The notes below the pieces were generated by a model, which did not search any database, was not told where the DNA came from, and was given only the letters and a program-made list of their open reading frames with translations. The position numbers and the translations under genes are program-made. 64,000 bases of DNA. It comes from a virus. Lineage: Duplodnaviria; Heunggongvirae; Uroviricota; Caudoviricetes. Each line of letters opens with the position of its first letter. The first letter of the stretch is position 1. Of the stretch, positions 11,001-20,106 are shown one piece after another. Location of the stretch: the IMG/VR virus record IMGVR_UViG_3300006149_000003; one strand, 5' to 3'.

Positions 11001-11619
11001 TTCGAGGCTTATAATAGAAGTGATCGCTGTGAGTAGAGCGGCTAATCAACTCATTCATTTCCTGTAGACCGGCATAGTTTCGGGCAATTAGGATGGTGTG
11101 GAAGTTATCACGAACCTTGTGCATCCCAGCCTTGGTCAGCTCATCGGTGCGCCAGCTAATATAATTTGCGGTATCGAAAGGCTCTGGTTCTTTGGCTTCA
11201 TTTTCATGTAGGGCATCCAAATCGTCACAAAAGCGGTCATAGTACGCTTTACCCTCTGGGTTTTTTTGCAACATCTCAAGGTATGCCTCTAACTTTTTCG
11301 GAGCTTCCCGCAGTTCGTCATATTCCTTCTCACGCTGCCAAACCTCCTCCATAACCTGGCGGCGCACCTCGCTGGGGTCAGGTGGCACCAAAAGCGCTTC
11401 CGTCAAATAAACTTCGCAGCCATGAAGATATTTCAGCCCAGCTTTCTCGCAGGCCATCTTCTTCTCAACCCACTGATAGATATGACCGTGCTCCGTAAAT
11501 GCAATAGCGGTCTGCCCCAGTTCTACCGCACGAGCAATGTAATCTGAATGCTTGGTGGTGCTATCCAACAAGGATAGCTGAGTATGCAGGTGATATACTG
11601 TATAGTTTTTGTTTCCCAT
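8041..11619 (-). CDS. dnaE: DNA polymerase III alpha subunit (DnaE-type, PHP domain N-terminal)
   Basis: PHP motif YTVYHLHTQLSLLD...FTEHG; about 1190 aa; start moved to MGNKNY (ATG 11619) which has a TAGGAG SD. Confidence 0.85.
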   Translation of the reverse strand: MGNKNYTVYHLHTQLSLLDSTTKHSDYIARAVELGQTAIAFTEHGHIYQWVEKKMACEKAGLKYLHGCEVYLTEALLVPPDPSEVRRQVMEEVWQREKEYDELREAPKKLEAYLEMLQKNPEGKAYYDRFCDDLDALHENEAKEPEPFDTANYISWRTDELTKAGMHKVRDNFHTILIARNYAGLQEMNELISRSTHSDHFYYKPRITFEEFLSLSNNVIKISACLASPLNKMSITHPMYERLLRHYDYLEIQAHDHPEQIAYNRHLADLSQRYNIPLIAGTDTHSIDKYKAECRSILQLAKHIEFADEDSFDLTYKSYDELVAMFAKQDAIPATLYLEAIENTNRMADSVEPFELDISFKYPPLYGDRDKQVLHETIERNFQAKIADGAITPEQIAPFREAIEEELRVFEKIDMSGFMLFMGEMVTWCKENGIPIGPNRGSCGGSRVAYVTNTTDLNPEKWHTVFSRFCNEDRKEIGDIDIDVSPSQRDQVYDYIINRFGQDRTAFILAIGTIKSKGCIDEICRALGVMWNKEHQHNLKEIKQQIAEAKEQGNDQLAQQLIKELDHLKKENERIFAKNPWVGKINATIKDEYSAAEQRALSLAEGKSKEEAKQIMRDETAEVRKKYSDVFYYYDGLLDVAISQSMHPAGIVASPITLRDNYGTFISEGKEILQIDMECVHEVSLVKYDILGLKNIEIIKDAYELLGKPYPKSHEINWDDEAVWKDMLRSPIGIFQFEGDFAFQMLKQYAPHSIFDMSLVTAALRPSGASYRDDLMQHKPHKNPSPIIDELLADNNGYLIYQEDVIKFLQQICGYSGSDADNTRRMIARKVPEDLEKELPNILNGYCSKSPQPREVAEQEAKEFLQIISDASSYMFGYNHSVGYCMIGYLCAYLRYYHPYEFITAYLNNANNDEDVKNGNELALLYGIKIVPPRFGLSKDKYLLNKEEKVIAKGISSVKYMNADVANELYALAETGKPKSFMELLQLMNEKTHLDTRQRDILIKIDYFIEYGNAKELLRMVDLFSFFKNGTMKKVLKEKLTPNLEPIVAQYATGLSKNGAEAKSYTFTDMPGLLLHLEGVVRDMHIPDFDLKSKMQDQMENLGYIDLTTDKKEDRRKLIILEVFPLKSKASKEIWGYALQTRSIGSGKTSRLTVRSRLFEKRPLKRLDVIYASDVRQERSGYWYLIGYDYVI

Positions 11620-11720
11620 TTTGATTACTCCTATTTCACGAGCCACAAGCGTATCGTCAACGGGAATCATCATACAATAGATTGGCGATCCCGTTTTTTC
11701 GGTACGTGGCTTCGTGCTGA

Positions 11721-13694
11721 TTATTGGTTACTCACTCTGCCAAACACCTCGTCTTCGCTATCATCCTCTACCAGTTGCTGGGGTGGGAACGGAAGTGGCG
11801 TAGTATATTTCCGTTTATCCCATGCGTATTGGTAGTCAAGCTCTGCCTCGGTTGTGAAGAACCGCTTAGACGGACGATCGTAAAAGGTTTCGATACTACG
11901 ACTTTCATAGCCCGTTAGTCGGTCTTTCAGAATATCAAAAATGACATCCGCTTTAATGGGTTTTACCTTCCATCCGCTCCCATTCATTTTGGGAACGCCT
12001 TGACGATCTGACTCCTGTACACGGTAAAGGCTAATGATACGATGAGCAAGGTCAATAATAGCTGAAATACCTTGCACATCCATTTTGCTTAACCGCCGCA
12101 TCATGTCGATTTTATGTGGATGGACAACCAGGATTACAACGACATTGAACTTTACAGCAAACGCAATCAAATCCATAATGAAATCCGCCTGCTTATCGTA
12201 CTTGTTGTTGTCATTGCTTTCCAAATTGATAGCTGTCAGATTATCGAGAATCAACAGTTTTGTGCCGTATTTCCTCACCGAATCCTCCATGGATTTTAAG
12301 AGATCTGCTGATTTGTTGGATTCACCGTCTTGCCGAATATAGAGCCGACCACGGTAAAATTCGCTGATTGCTCTTTTTGCTTCTGGTGTCACTTTATAGA
12401 AGACAGAATCATTATATTGACATTCCTTCACGTTCCGTTGGCCTGCGAAAATAAAGTTGAGCCAGTTCTTTGCCTGGAAGTTAGGCAATTCACCGGAAAA
12501 GAGGTATGCGTTTTCGCCTCGATCTAAGCATTGGCATATCACTTGATTTAAGAAGGATGATTTACCGCTGCCGTTAATGCCGGTTACAATGTTCAGCGTT
12601 CCATAGAATAGTTTCATCAGGTATCGGTCAAGATTGGGAAGTCCGGTCGGGATGCCGTCAAGAGCATCAAGGTCAATGTCTTCAATATCAGCGAAATCAA
12701 CTACGCCCGGAACAGGGGAGTCTTTGGCGTCCAATATGATCTCCATAACTTTCTCTTTACCGAAGTAGTAAAGCACTTCATTGAGATCATTAACGGAATA
12801 TCGCTGATTTGTCGTTTCGTCAACATAGAGTTGAGGAACTTCTACAACTTTTGTCCGCCAGCTTCCCAGCCGATAGATACATTCCTTTTGCATTTTGAGG
12901 CCAGCTTCGTCATTATCAGAACAAATTACGATAGAACTGAATTGTTCAAGAAAATCCCAGTTCTCTTCAATCCAGTGGAAGTTGGTGCTGCCAAGCGGAA
13001 CAGAAACTGCATTTGTGAAACCTGCTTCGATTGCTGAAAGGCAATCTGGCTCTCCCTCGCAAATCAACAATGGGACTGTAGTGTTGATCCGATTCATGTT
13101 GAAAAGAAGTGGTGTGGTGTCTGCTCCTTTTTGGCACCAACATTTGTTTTCACCCTTTTTGACTTTTCTGGACGGACGATATTTCACCATTGTCAACACA
13201 TCGTTGGTGTCGTAGTAGTTAAAAACGGCATTCCCCTCACCGTCCTGTCTTACATCAGCATAATCTATCGTATGAGGGCTAATTTTGCGTTTTTTGAAGT
13301 ATTCGTAAACCTGAGTCTTATCATCACACACGACCTCTTTTGGGTACTGGTATTGCCGTCGTGTTTTTACTCCCAACTCTCCGAATGAGTAGGATATGCC
13401 AGCCAATTCAAAGAGCTTACGACACGCTTGAGCATAGGTCATCCCTTTGTACATCAGCACATCCAAAATGTCATAGCTACGTGAACACGCACCAAAGCAC
13501 CGAAAATTGAACGCCTTTTTATTATAGATAAACGAAGCGTGATCTTCTTGGTGGAACGGGCAACAGCATTTCATATCCCGCACATCATAATCGGTTATGC
13601 CAAGCTCCTCCACGATGATTCGGGCATTATCGTCACCGAGCTTTTCTTTTGCCTGCATAATTGCGTCGCGGTCAATCTGCACAGATAAAATCAC
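11721..13694 (-). CDS. bifunctional DNA primase / DnaB-like replicative helicase (T7 gp4-like)
   Basis: CHC2 zinc finger CCCPFHQEDHASF, TOPRIM ICEGEPDCLS, C-terminal Walker A GINGSGKSSFL. Confidence 0.85.
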   Translation of the reverse strand: MILSVQIDRDAIMQAKEKLGDDNARIIVEELGITDYDVRDMKCCCPFHQEDHASFIYNKKAFNFRCFGACSRSYDILDVLMYKGMTYAQACRKLFELAGISYSFGELGVKTRRQYQYPKEVVCDDKTQVYEYFKKRKISPHTIDYADVRQDGEGNAVFNYYDTNDVLTMVKYRPSRKVKKGENKCWCQKGADTTPLLFNMNRINTTVPLLICEGEPDCLSAIEAGFTNAVSVPLGSTNFHWIEENWDFLEQFSSIVICSDNDEAGLKMQKECIYRLGSWRTKVVEVPQLYVDETTNQRYSVNDLNEVLYYFGKEKVMEIILDAKDSPVPGVVDFADIEDIDLDALDGIPTGLPNLDRYLMKLFYGTLNIVTGINGSGKSSFLNQVICQCLDRGENAYLFSGELPNFQAKNWLNFIFAGQRNVKECQYNDSVFYKVTPEAKRAISEFYRGRLYIRQDGESNKSADLLKSMEDSVRKYGTKLLILDNLTAINLESNDNNKYDKQADFIMDLIAFAVKFNVVVILVVHPHKIDMMRRLSKMDVQGISAIIDLAHRIISLYRVQESDRQGVPKMNGSGWKVKPIKADVIFDILKDRLTGYESRSIETFYDRPSKRFFTTEAELDYQYAWDKRKYTTPLPFPPQQLVEDDSEDEVFGRVSNQ

Positions 13695-13751
13695 CTCGAT
13701 TCGTTCGGCAAGTCAGCCCACTTTCGTGGGCTTGACTTTACCGATCGGAGA

Positions 13752-14603
13752 TTAGAAGCTAAAGCCGGGGCGCACACCCGCCGACCAGGAAGCACTGCCG
13801 TAGCTGATGTTGCCGTTGCCGCTCACATCACAGAAACCGGTGTTGCCGTTGTAACAGGGGGAACGCAACCCGCTGGAGCAGGGGTCGCCATCTTCATCAA
13901 GAGCGAAGTAAGGCACATCCTCCAAGCGGTAATATTCGTACCAGCTACCCTCGCCCGGAACAGAGTAGGCTACACGACCGTAAACCTCTTTCTCGCTGAG
14001 AATGAAGATACGATCAACGCTTTTGACAATCTCCTTGCTACGCCCACCAGCAGAGGTAAGTTTGACCACGGGGCGAATAACAGCCTGTAGTTCATCGGAG
14101 CAAAGTGCCAAGAACTCCGAATTAAGCCACTGCCGAAGCTCACTTTTGTCCCAGCCGCCCTCGTTAGTGCATTCACTATTCCAAGGACGCCGCTCCTTAT
14201 AAATCCGAACGGCCTCCCAAGAGAATGGAGCTTTGCCGGAACCATCCGCCAGATCGTCGTGGTCGAAACCGATGATGCGATACTCTGCGGCGAAGCCGTT
14301 CTTCATGTGATCGGTCTTTACTGCACCAACCGCGATTTGCTGTCGCGCTTTCTTACTCCGCCCAATAGCATCCAGCTCACCCCATGTCAGGTGGTTCAAA
14401 TCTGTCAAAAGCCCAGCGGCAGGCTGTTGGACAAGGGTAGGTGTAACAATCTCCTGCGGGCAGCTGGAAATGAGCAGGCCGCTCTCATCCAGATCCACAC
14501 TGAAGTTGATGTGCTTACGCTGGGCAAGCTCTTCTGCCGAAATGTAAAAATTCATATTGCAATCCTCGCTTTCTGTTTGTGAATGAAACTTAACTTTCAT
14601 CAT
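13752..14603 (-). CDS. hypothetical protein (start may be internal at about 14555)
   Basis: 283-aa ORF; C-terminal GVRPGFSF resembles DUF6273-type tails. Confidence 0.35.
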   Translation of the reverse strand: MMKVKFHSQTESEDCNMNFYISAEELAQRKHINFSVDLDESGLLISSCPQEIVTPTLVQQPAAGLLTDLNHLTWGELDAIGRSKKARQQIAVGAVKTDHMKNGFAAEYRIIGFDHDDLADGSGKAPFSWEAVRIYKERRPWNSECTNEGGWDKSELRQWLNSEFLALCSDELQAVIRPVVKLTSAGGRSKEIVKSVDRIFILSEKEVYGRVAYSVPGEGSWYEYYRLEDVPYFALDEDGDPCSSGLRSPCYNGNTGFCDVSGNGNISYGSASWSAGVRPGFSF

Positions 14604-15370
14604 AGAAATTCTTCGTACTCACACTCCACAGCTACATCACAGAGGTGTTTACAAAACCAAAAATCCAAGTTAGCATACCAGTCGTCAGTCGCTGTGATTT
14701 TGGCAATCAGCTTTGCTGCCCACATTTCCACCTCGTCTAACCGCTCTTTTCTAAATGGTTCACAAATCCATGTGCCAGTCCGAAAACAGTTAAATTCGAG
14801 ATAGTCGGGATATCGGCCATATAACTGATAGACCGCACTGGCGTAGATATAGAGCTGCCGTAGGTACTTATCCAATTCAACATCTCCGAGGGTGGGCTTC
14901 GCCCTGTTGGAGCGAGGCTTCAATGCTCTGGATTTGTGATCGGTAATGTACAGCTTACCGCTCTCATCCTCAGACAACAGATCCAGAAAGCCTATAAACG
15001 AATGCCCGGCAAATTGGAATTGCATCTTGTCCTCTACCTTTATTACTTTTCGGGCAGGGAACGACAGCGTTTTAAGGTACTGCCGTCCCTGCTCCAGATA
15101 ACCCATATGAATCTTGTGTAATGGAGCTTTATCTGTGATGTCAGTTGTAAAATGGGAAAGGTAGTAAGGTGTAAGCTCTTCCTTATGCAGCATACCAGTC
15201 AGATATTGCTGAAGAATAGAGTGCATCAGGCTTCCATATTGAGCGAAGAACTTCGACTGACCTGGTATTTCGTAGATGTACCGTTGGAGCCATAGATAAG
15301 GGCAGTCCTCAAAGGCGGACAGCCTCGAATAGCTCCACTCCATCGCCTCAATCGTTAGGTCATATCGCAT
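14600..15370 (-). CDS. PD-(D/E)XK nuclease, Cas4/RecB-like exonuclease with C-terminal Cys cluster
   Basis: LYITDHKSRA...YIYASAVYQLYG core plus C-terminal CxxxxC...CEYEE. Confidence 0.55.
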   Translation of the reverse strand: MRYDLTIEAMEWSYSRLSAFEDCPYLWLQRYIYEIPGQSKFFAQYGSLMHSILQQYLTGMLHKEELTPYYLSHFTTDITDKAPLHKIHMGYLEQGRQYLKTLSFPARKVIKVEDKMQFQFAGHSFIGFLDLLSEDESGKLYITDHKSRALKPRSNRAKPTLGDVELDKYLRQLYIYASAVYQLYGRYPDYLEFNCFRTGTWICEPFRKERLDEVEMWAAKLIAKITATDDWYANLDFWFCKHLCDVAVECEYEEFL

Positions 15371-15381
15371 TTAGTTCCTCC

Positions 15382-15816
15382 TTAGAACGGAAGCTCACCG
15401 TCATCCTCAGTCTCACCGGATTCTACCTCACTCTCGGCGGTGGGAGGAGGTGCTTTCTTTGTAGATTTACCCTTGGTGGCGGGCGCAGAGGCATTTTCCT
15501 CACCTTGCCCCTTGCTACCACAGAACTCTACACGGTCGGCCTTAATCTCCCATGCAATGCGGTTGTTGCCCTCTTTGTCCTCGTATTTGCGGCTCTGCAT
15601 CTCACCTTGCACCAAGATTTCCTGCCCTTTGGAAAAATACTTGGACACAAACTCGGCAGTCTGCCGCCAGAACACAACAGTAAAGAAATCCGTCTCCTTA
15701 TCTTTAGAATAGGGGCGATCTACGGCAACATTCACCGTACACACAGCGGTGTCACTCTGGGTGTAGCGCAGTTCAGGATCTTTGGTCAGTCGGCCTTTAA
15801 TGATGATACTATTCAT
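15382..15816 (-). CDS. ssb: single-stranded DNA-binding protein
   Basis: OB-fold SSB pattern and acidic C-terminal tail ending DDGELPF. Confidence 0.85.
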   Translation of the reverse strand: MNSIIIKGRLTKDPELRYTQSDTAVCTVNVAVDRPYSKDKETDFFTVVFWRQTAEFVSKYFSKGQEILVQGEMQSRKYEDKEGNNRIAWEIKADRVEFCGSKGQGEENASAPATKGKSTKKAPPPTAESEVESGETEDDGELPF

Positions 15817-16559
15817 GCTCCATTGCCTCCTACAAATTTCTTAACCGCTTCCAAGACATCAGTGGCGGTCTTCATGTTGGTAACAATCCGGTAGTTGCCG
15901 GACGGCTTGCCCTTTTCGTCCTTGACGTGTTTCTTCACCACGGCAGTTAGCTTAGTGCGGGCGTCTTTCAGTTTCTCCTCGTCCTGGAAGCTGTTGAGGT
16001 AGTTGGAAATAAGCTCGTCGATTTCGTCAATCATGGCGGAAACGACTGCCCGCTCCTCTTCCTCAGCGGCCTGTAGCTTCTTACTCCGCCAGTTGTCGGG
16101 GTCGTCGTCAGGTGTAGCGATCTGGAAAAACTTCAGCAGGAAGTAGCGGTGGAGATAGCTAAGACCGCTGCCGACCGCTTGGCTGGCGTCGCTCTGCTGA
16201 CCGACAATTACCCACGGCACCACCAGTGTGTCTTCCGGATTGTCCAAGTTGATCCATGTAAAGGTCATGTCGGCCTTAACCAGCACCTCGTTGACGCTCT
16301 CTTCGATCTTCTTGCCATCTTTGGCATTCTTGATCTTGGTGTAGTTGTACGGGCTTACCTCCGCCGTCTGCGGGACAATGCCGGGATACAACAGAACATG
16401 GTATTTATCCATGCCGGCTGTCACACGGGCCAGAATCTCATCCTCGGACACATACTTGTAGTTGTAGCCCGATTTGTTCTTACGGATAACCTCAACCATC
16501 TTGCGGATACCCGCCAACTTCTGGACAAGGTTTAGGTCTTTGATTTCTTCATTTGCCAT
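15813..16559 (-). CDS. ERF-family single-strand annealing protein
   Basis: N-terminal NKSGYNYKYVSEDEILARV pattern typical of ERF; sits between SSB and nuclease. Confidence 0.5.
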   Translation of the reverse strand: MANEEIKDLNLVQKLAGIRKMVEVIRKNKSGYNYKYVSEDEILARVTAGMDKYHVLLYPGIVPQTAEVSPYNYTKIKNAKDGKKIEESVNEVLVKADMTFTWINLDNPEDTLVVPWVIVGQQSDASQAVGSGLSYLHRYFLLKFFQIATPDDDPDNWRSKKLQAAEEEERAVVSAMIDEIDELISNYLNSFQDEEKLKDARTKLTAVVKKHVKDEKGKPSGNYRIVTNMKTATDVLEAVKKFVGGNGA

Positions 16560-16598
16560 ACTATCCTCCTTGATTTTGTTTGTTGTTAACCGAGATTT

Positions 16599-16856
16599 TT
16601 AATCGTCACCAAACGATTTGAGCATAAAGCATGAGTCGCAATAGCACTCACCGCTTGATTCGATTCGTACATATTCGCCGGTAATTGCTTCGCCACAGCC
16701 GTCGCACACGATTGTTGACGCATATGCCCCATCGCAGACTGGGCAACCGCTGAATTGCTCATATGGTGGCGTGTCCAATCCGTGACGTTCTTCCCATCTC
16801 TTGGGTTCATCGAAAGTCGCCCCACAGTCCAAACAGGTGTATTCTCCCAACATCAA
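16599..16856 (-). CDS. zinc-ribbon protein
   Basis: CLDCG...CPVCDG...CDGCG...CYCDSC. Confidence 0.35.
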   Translation of the reverse strand: MMLGEYTCLDCGATFDEPKRWEERHGLDTPPYEQFSGCPVCDGAYASTIVCDGCGEAITGEYVRIESSGECYCDSCFMLKSFGDD

Positions 16857-17131
16857 TGCTTAACCACTTTCCAAACGGCAGTATTGCGAGTGGTGATCTG
16901 ACTCCGGCGTTTGCCGACCACCTCTACTACACCATCCTCTTTCAACTCTGTCAAACGAGGACGAGTAAAGTTAGGGTCAATGTGAGAAATCTTTCCGTCG
17001 TGAAGAAGCTGCTGGGCAATCTCTTCCGCCGTCATACCCCCAGGATCGCCATTCTTTAGCACCTCCAGGATCATATCCTTACGGCTTTCCCGTTTCGGTT
17101 TAATCTCATTGTAGGCTTCACGACGATTCAT
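16853..17131 (-). CDS. winged-helix DNA-binding protein
   Basis: MTAEEIAQQLLHDG...VVEVVGKRR wHTH-like; annotated start codon is TTG so the ATG at about 17131 was used. Confidence 0.4.
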   Translation of the reverse strand: MNRREAYNEIKPKRESRKDMILEVLKNGDPGGMTAEEIAQQLLHDGKISHIDPNFTRPRLTELKEDGVVEVVGKRRSQITTRNTAVWKVVKH

Positions 17132-17194
17132 AATTACGATGCTCAAAGGATCTCATCCTTTCTATTAGGAAGCTGATACCAGCCCGTTTTTGCA

Positions 17195-17202
17195 CCCCCC
17201 CC
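17195..17202. repeat. C8 homopolymer tract (in C5-MTase 3' end)
   Basis: Seen directly. Confidence 0.9.
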
Positions 17203-17774
17203 ACCAGCTTCGGCTTTCAGGGCACGGGCCACGGTACTTCCATCGTAAATGCGGTTAGCATCTCCGTTGTAGTCGTTGATATATCCAAGCTGGTGGAGAT
17301 CGTCACTTTCGATAGCCCGATTTTGTTCGTCGCTATTAGGCGATTTATCAAAACTGGCAAGCGCCTTTTCAAAAGCGCCAATACCAGAGAAAAAAGATCC
17401 TACCACCATATCTTCAAAAAGATACGGCATAGCTTCACACAGTTCTCCCATAATGGCACAAAGCACATCCACCACAATGGAATTTCCGGCCTGCTTGTAA
17501 AGCTGAGAGCCGCTACGGTCATTGCCACTGTATAGGTTCTGATTCATTGCGGTTTGTGCCTTAGCGAAGTCTTCGTCTGTGAAGCCCATAAGCCGCCAAC
17601 ACTCTCGCTGGGTGAGCTTTCTCACCCGAAACCCTGGACGGATCGCGATAGGCGTTTGTCCGCCACCCATCCGTGCCGCACTGTTTACACACGGGCAAAT
17701 CCCGTCCGACCGGGGAGATTGGTGTTTCTGAAGACCACCAATCATTGTAATATCGTTCTCAATCACTCTCTTGT

Positions 17775-17783
17775 CCCCCCCCC
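17775..17783. repeat. C9 homopolymer tract at C5-MTase frame junction
   Basis: Seen directly; +1 restores the frame. Confidence 0.9.
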
Positions 17784-18215
17784 GTCAATGGTGCGAATCG
17801 TGCCGCAGACATCATCTCGGAAAAACCGAATGCCCTCGTCACATCGCTGCTCACATACAATCTTCATATCTTCTTCATCCTCCATGGTAATTTCCATAAC
17901 CAGTTGTCTTCGTTTCTTTTTAAGATACTGTTGGATGGTGGTGCCCTTATAGTAATTTGCATCAATGCAATATGCCACTGGTGGTGCAAGCAACACCTTT
18001 ACCAAGTCATTCATTCTTCTCCATCACTCCTGTCATTTGCTGGTTCCCAAAGCCTTTGTAATCGCGGGCCAGCAGTGCCAAGGCTGTATCGCAGTACCCT
18101 TCAAACTTGCTTCCTTTCTTACTCAGTTTCACGCCGGAAAGAGAGCAAATCCCATGAGTGCCTGTCTGTGGAGCCTCGACCTCCGGCTCTGACGGTGTTA
18201 CTGATTGGTTTGAGC

Positions 18216-18224
18216 GGGGGGGGG
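18216..18224. repeat. G9 homopolymer tract (in-frame PPP within C5-MTase fragment)
   Basis: Seen directly. Confidence 0.9.
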
Positions 18225-18689
18225 TAATCATGGCAGCTACTTTATCGTCAGATAGGTAATAGCGCTCGTCAACATGGTCGTCAAGCATATCGACCAGCGC
18301 CTTTTTCAGCGGAATCGGCGTGGGAAACTTGAATTTTCCGTTGTCCAGATCCTTGCGGACGATGACACAATACACACGCTCTCGGTTTTGAGGAATACCA
18401 TAGTGTTTTGCGTTCAGCACCTGCCAATAGACATTGTAGCCGTAGTCTTCCAACTCTTTTACAAAGAGGTCGAAAGTGGTGCGGAAGCGGGAACCAGTAA
18501 TGTTTTTGACATTTTCATAGATGGCAAAGCGGGGCTTCTTTTCTCTCAGGAAGCGCAACCATTCGACGAGCAAAGAAGAACGAGTCTTCTCAATCTCGGT
18601 TGAACCACACTTAGGGCAATGGTCACGCTGATCGTAGTGAGCTTCCAGAGGGTTGTACACATGACCGCAGTGTTTACAAGTCCATGCAG

Positions 18690-18698
18690 CCCCCCCCC
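18690..18698. repeat. C9 homopolymer tract at C5-MTase frame junction
   Basis: Seen directly; -1 restores the frame into a CxxC...CxxC insert and the ENV motif. Confidence 0.9.
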
Positions 18699-18902
18699 TG
18701 TTTGCCCGCTATGCTGAAGTCCTGGCACGGGCTTCCACCAAACATGGTGTTAAAATCTGGAACAGCTTTCTCGTCGGCCTGTGTGATATCACCGATGTTG
18801 GCTGTCGAATCGACACCGTGAATGGCGCAATAGCTTTCTGCGGCGTACTTATCGAACTCGCAGAAAAGGGCGGTTTTGAAATCCAAGGTTCTTACCTCCT
18901 AT

Positions 18903-18931
18903 ATTATAGCGTATTTCGGGCTTCTTGTCAA
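18903..18931 (-). promoter_or_regulatory. sigma-A consensus promoter driving the C5-MTase locus
   Basis: Minus strand TTGACA (18926-18931) - 17 nt - TATAAT (18903-18908), then AGGAGG and TTG start at 18886. Confidence 0.5.
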
Positions 18932-18959
18932 CGATTTTGTTCGTTGTTAATGAAGTTTT

Positions 18960-19486
18960 TTATGCGCTTTTGTCGATCTCCTCAAAGATGATTTGCTTCG
19001 GGAGTATGCTGTAGCACCCATACACGCTACTGAACGGCGGGTTAAGCGACGGTTTTTGATCCGTATAACTCTTGAAGTAAGAGACACGGCGGTTCAGATA
19101 CATAATCTCGAAATCGTGATCTCGGAACATACTGAACCGCCGCTGGCTCTCAAAGAGTCCCACCACACCGACCAGCATGGCAAAGGGGATTTTGAGCTGG
19201 AACAGCCGCTCAAACACTTCACCTTTCAGAGAGTAGGGCGGGTTGCTGATAATATAGTCGCACTGTGGCGGTTCCAACTCAAAGAAATCCTGCCCGTTGC
19301 AAATGTGCGTAGCAATTACGGTATACCCGCGCTGGCGGAACAGCTTTACGAATAGGCTATCCTCCGTGTCAAAGGGGCACCATATCACTGCGGGGGGGGT
19401 GCTAAATACTTGTACAGCGGAGCAATCGCATACTCCGGCGTGTAGAACTCGTCGTTGCCGCTACCGGCAACTTTATCCATCTTCAT
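18960..19486 (-). pseudogene. N6-adenine (NPPY) DNA methyltransferase, frameshifted at G8 tract (candidate phase-variable gene)
   Basis: ATG 19486 with AGGAGG SD gives MKMDKVAGSGNDEFYTPEYAIAPLYKYLAPPPQ-stop. Deleting one G from the 19392-19399 tract continues into ...VIWCPFDTEDS...IISNPPYSLKG (ORF 18960-19388). Confidence 0.7.
19392..19399. repeat. G8 homopolymer tract at N6-MTase frame junction
   Basis: Seen directly; -1 or +2 restores the frame. Confidence 0.9.
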
Positions 19487-19531
19487 AAAAGATTCCTCCT
19501 TGGTCATAAAAGTCTGCTTTCATCCTACTGA

Positions 19532-20086
19532 CTACTTTTTGTTCCCCATCATCGAATCAAGGCCAATCACGTCGGCAAGTTTTTCCCCGATTTGCCTTTT
19601 CACCTCTTCCGTAATCTTTTTCTTGATGTTGTCCGTAACTTCGGTAGTAGCCCTCTTAATTGCATATTCCATATCGTGGTTTACGGCCTTATCAAGAATG
19701 TATTCCAGGCGCGTTTTACAGGAGCCATATCCGGAGGCGGGCTTTCCAGAGCTGTCTACTTTTTGATCCAGGTATTGAGCGCAGGACTCCTTCAACTGCT
19801 CCCGAACGGTTATACCACGCTTTACAACATCTCCCCACCTATCGGTGATGTCTTTAGGCGTGTCAAAAAACTCCTGCATCATAGCATTAAGTTTTTCGCT
19901 GATTTCGTTTTCGAGGGATGCCATTTTTGCGTCTAAGAGTTTTCTCGCTTCGCTTTCCAAAGAGTTTGTGATGTTTGTTCCAACCTTTGCGACAATGCCC
20001 GAAAGAATTTCGTCCCTCAGCCGCCCGTCAAGGTTCTCTTCCTCGTCCAACCAGTCCAAGTTGACTGTTACATTAAATGTTGCCAT
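19532..20086 (-). CDS. hypothetical coiled-coil protein
   Basis: ORF; probable start MATFNV. Confidence 0.35.
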   Translation of the reverse strand: MATFNVTVNLDWLDEEENLDGRLRDEILSGIVAKVGTNITNSLESEARKLLDAKMASLENEISEKLNAMMQEFFDTPKDITDRWGDVVKRGITVREQLKESCAQYLDQKVDSSGKPASGYGSCKTRLEYILDKAVNHDMEYAIKRATTEVTDNIKKKITEEVKRQIGEKLADVIGLDSMMGNKK

Positions 20087-20106
20087 TGCAAAAACCTCCA
20101 TAGTTT

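Larger units (their letters stand above)
17143..18886 (-). pseudogene. DNA (cytosine-5) methyltransferase split into 4 reading frames
   Basis: Motif IV GGSPCQDFSIAGK (18674-18886), ENV and QNRERVYCV (18007-18660), motif IX-X RKLTQRECWRLMGF / GNSIVVDVL (17143-17766). Junctions at 18690-18698 and 17775-17783 are C9 tracts: a -1 at 18690 and a +1 at 17775 fuse the frames. The internal 'start' codons are GTG, consistent with frame continuations. Motif I appears degenerate. Confidence 0.7.

Noticed and set aside
8041-11673. Plus-strand ORFs of 60-150 aa scattered inside dnaE, nrdD, the primase-helicase and the MTase-helicase
   Set aside because: They are antisense to long conserved-motif-bearing genes. 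They have no start context and are typical six-frame noise.
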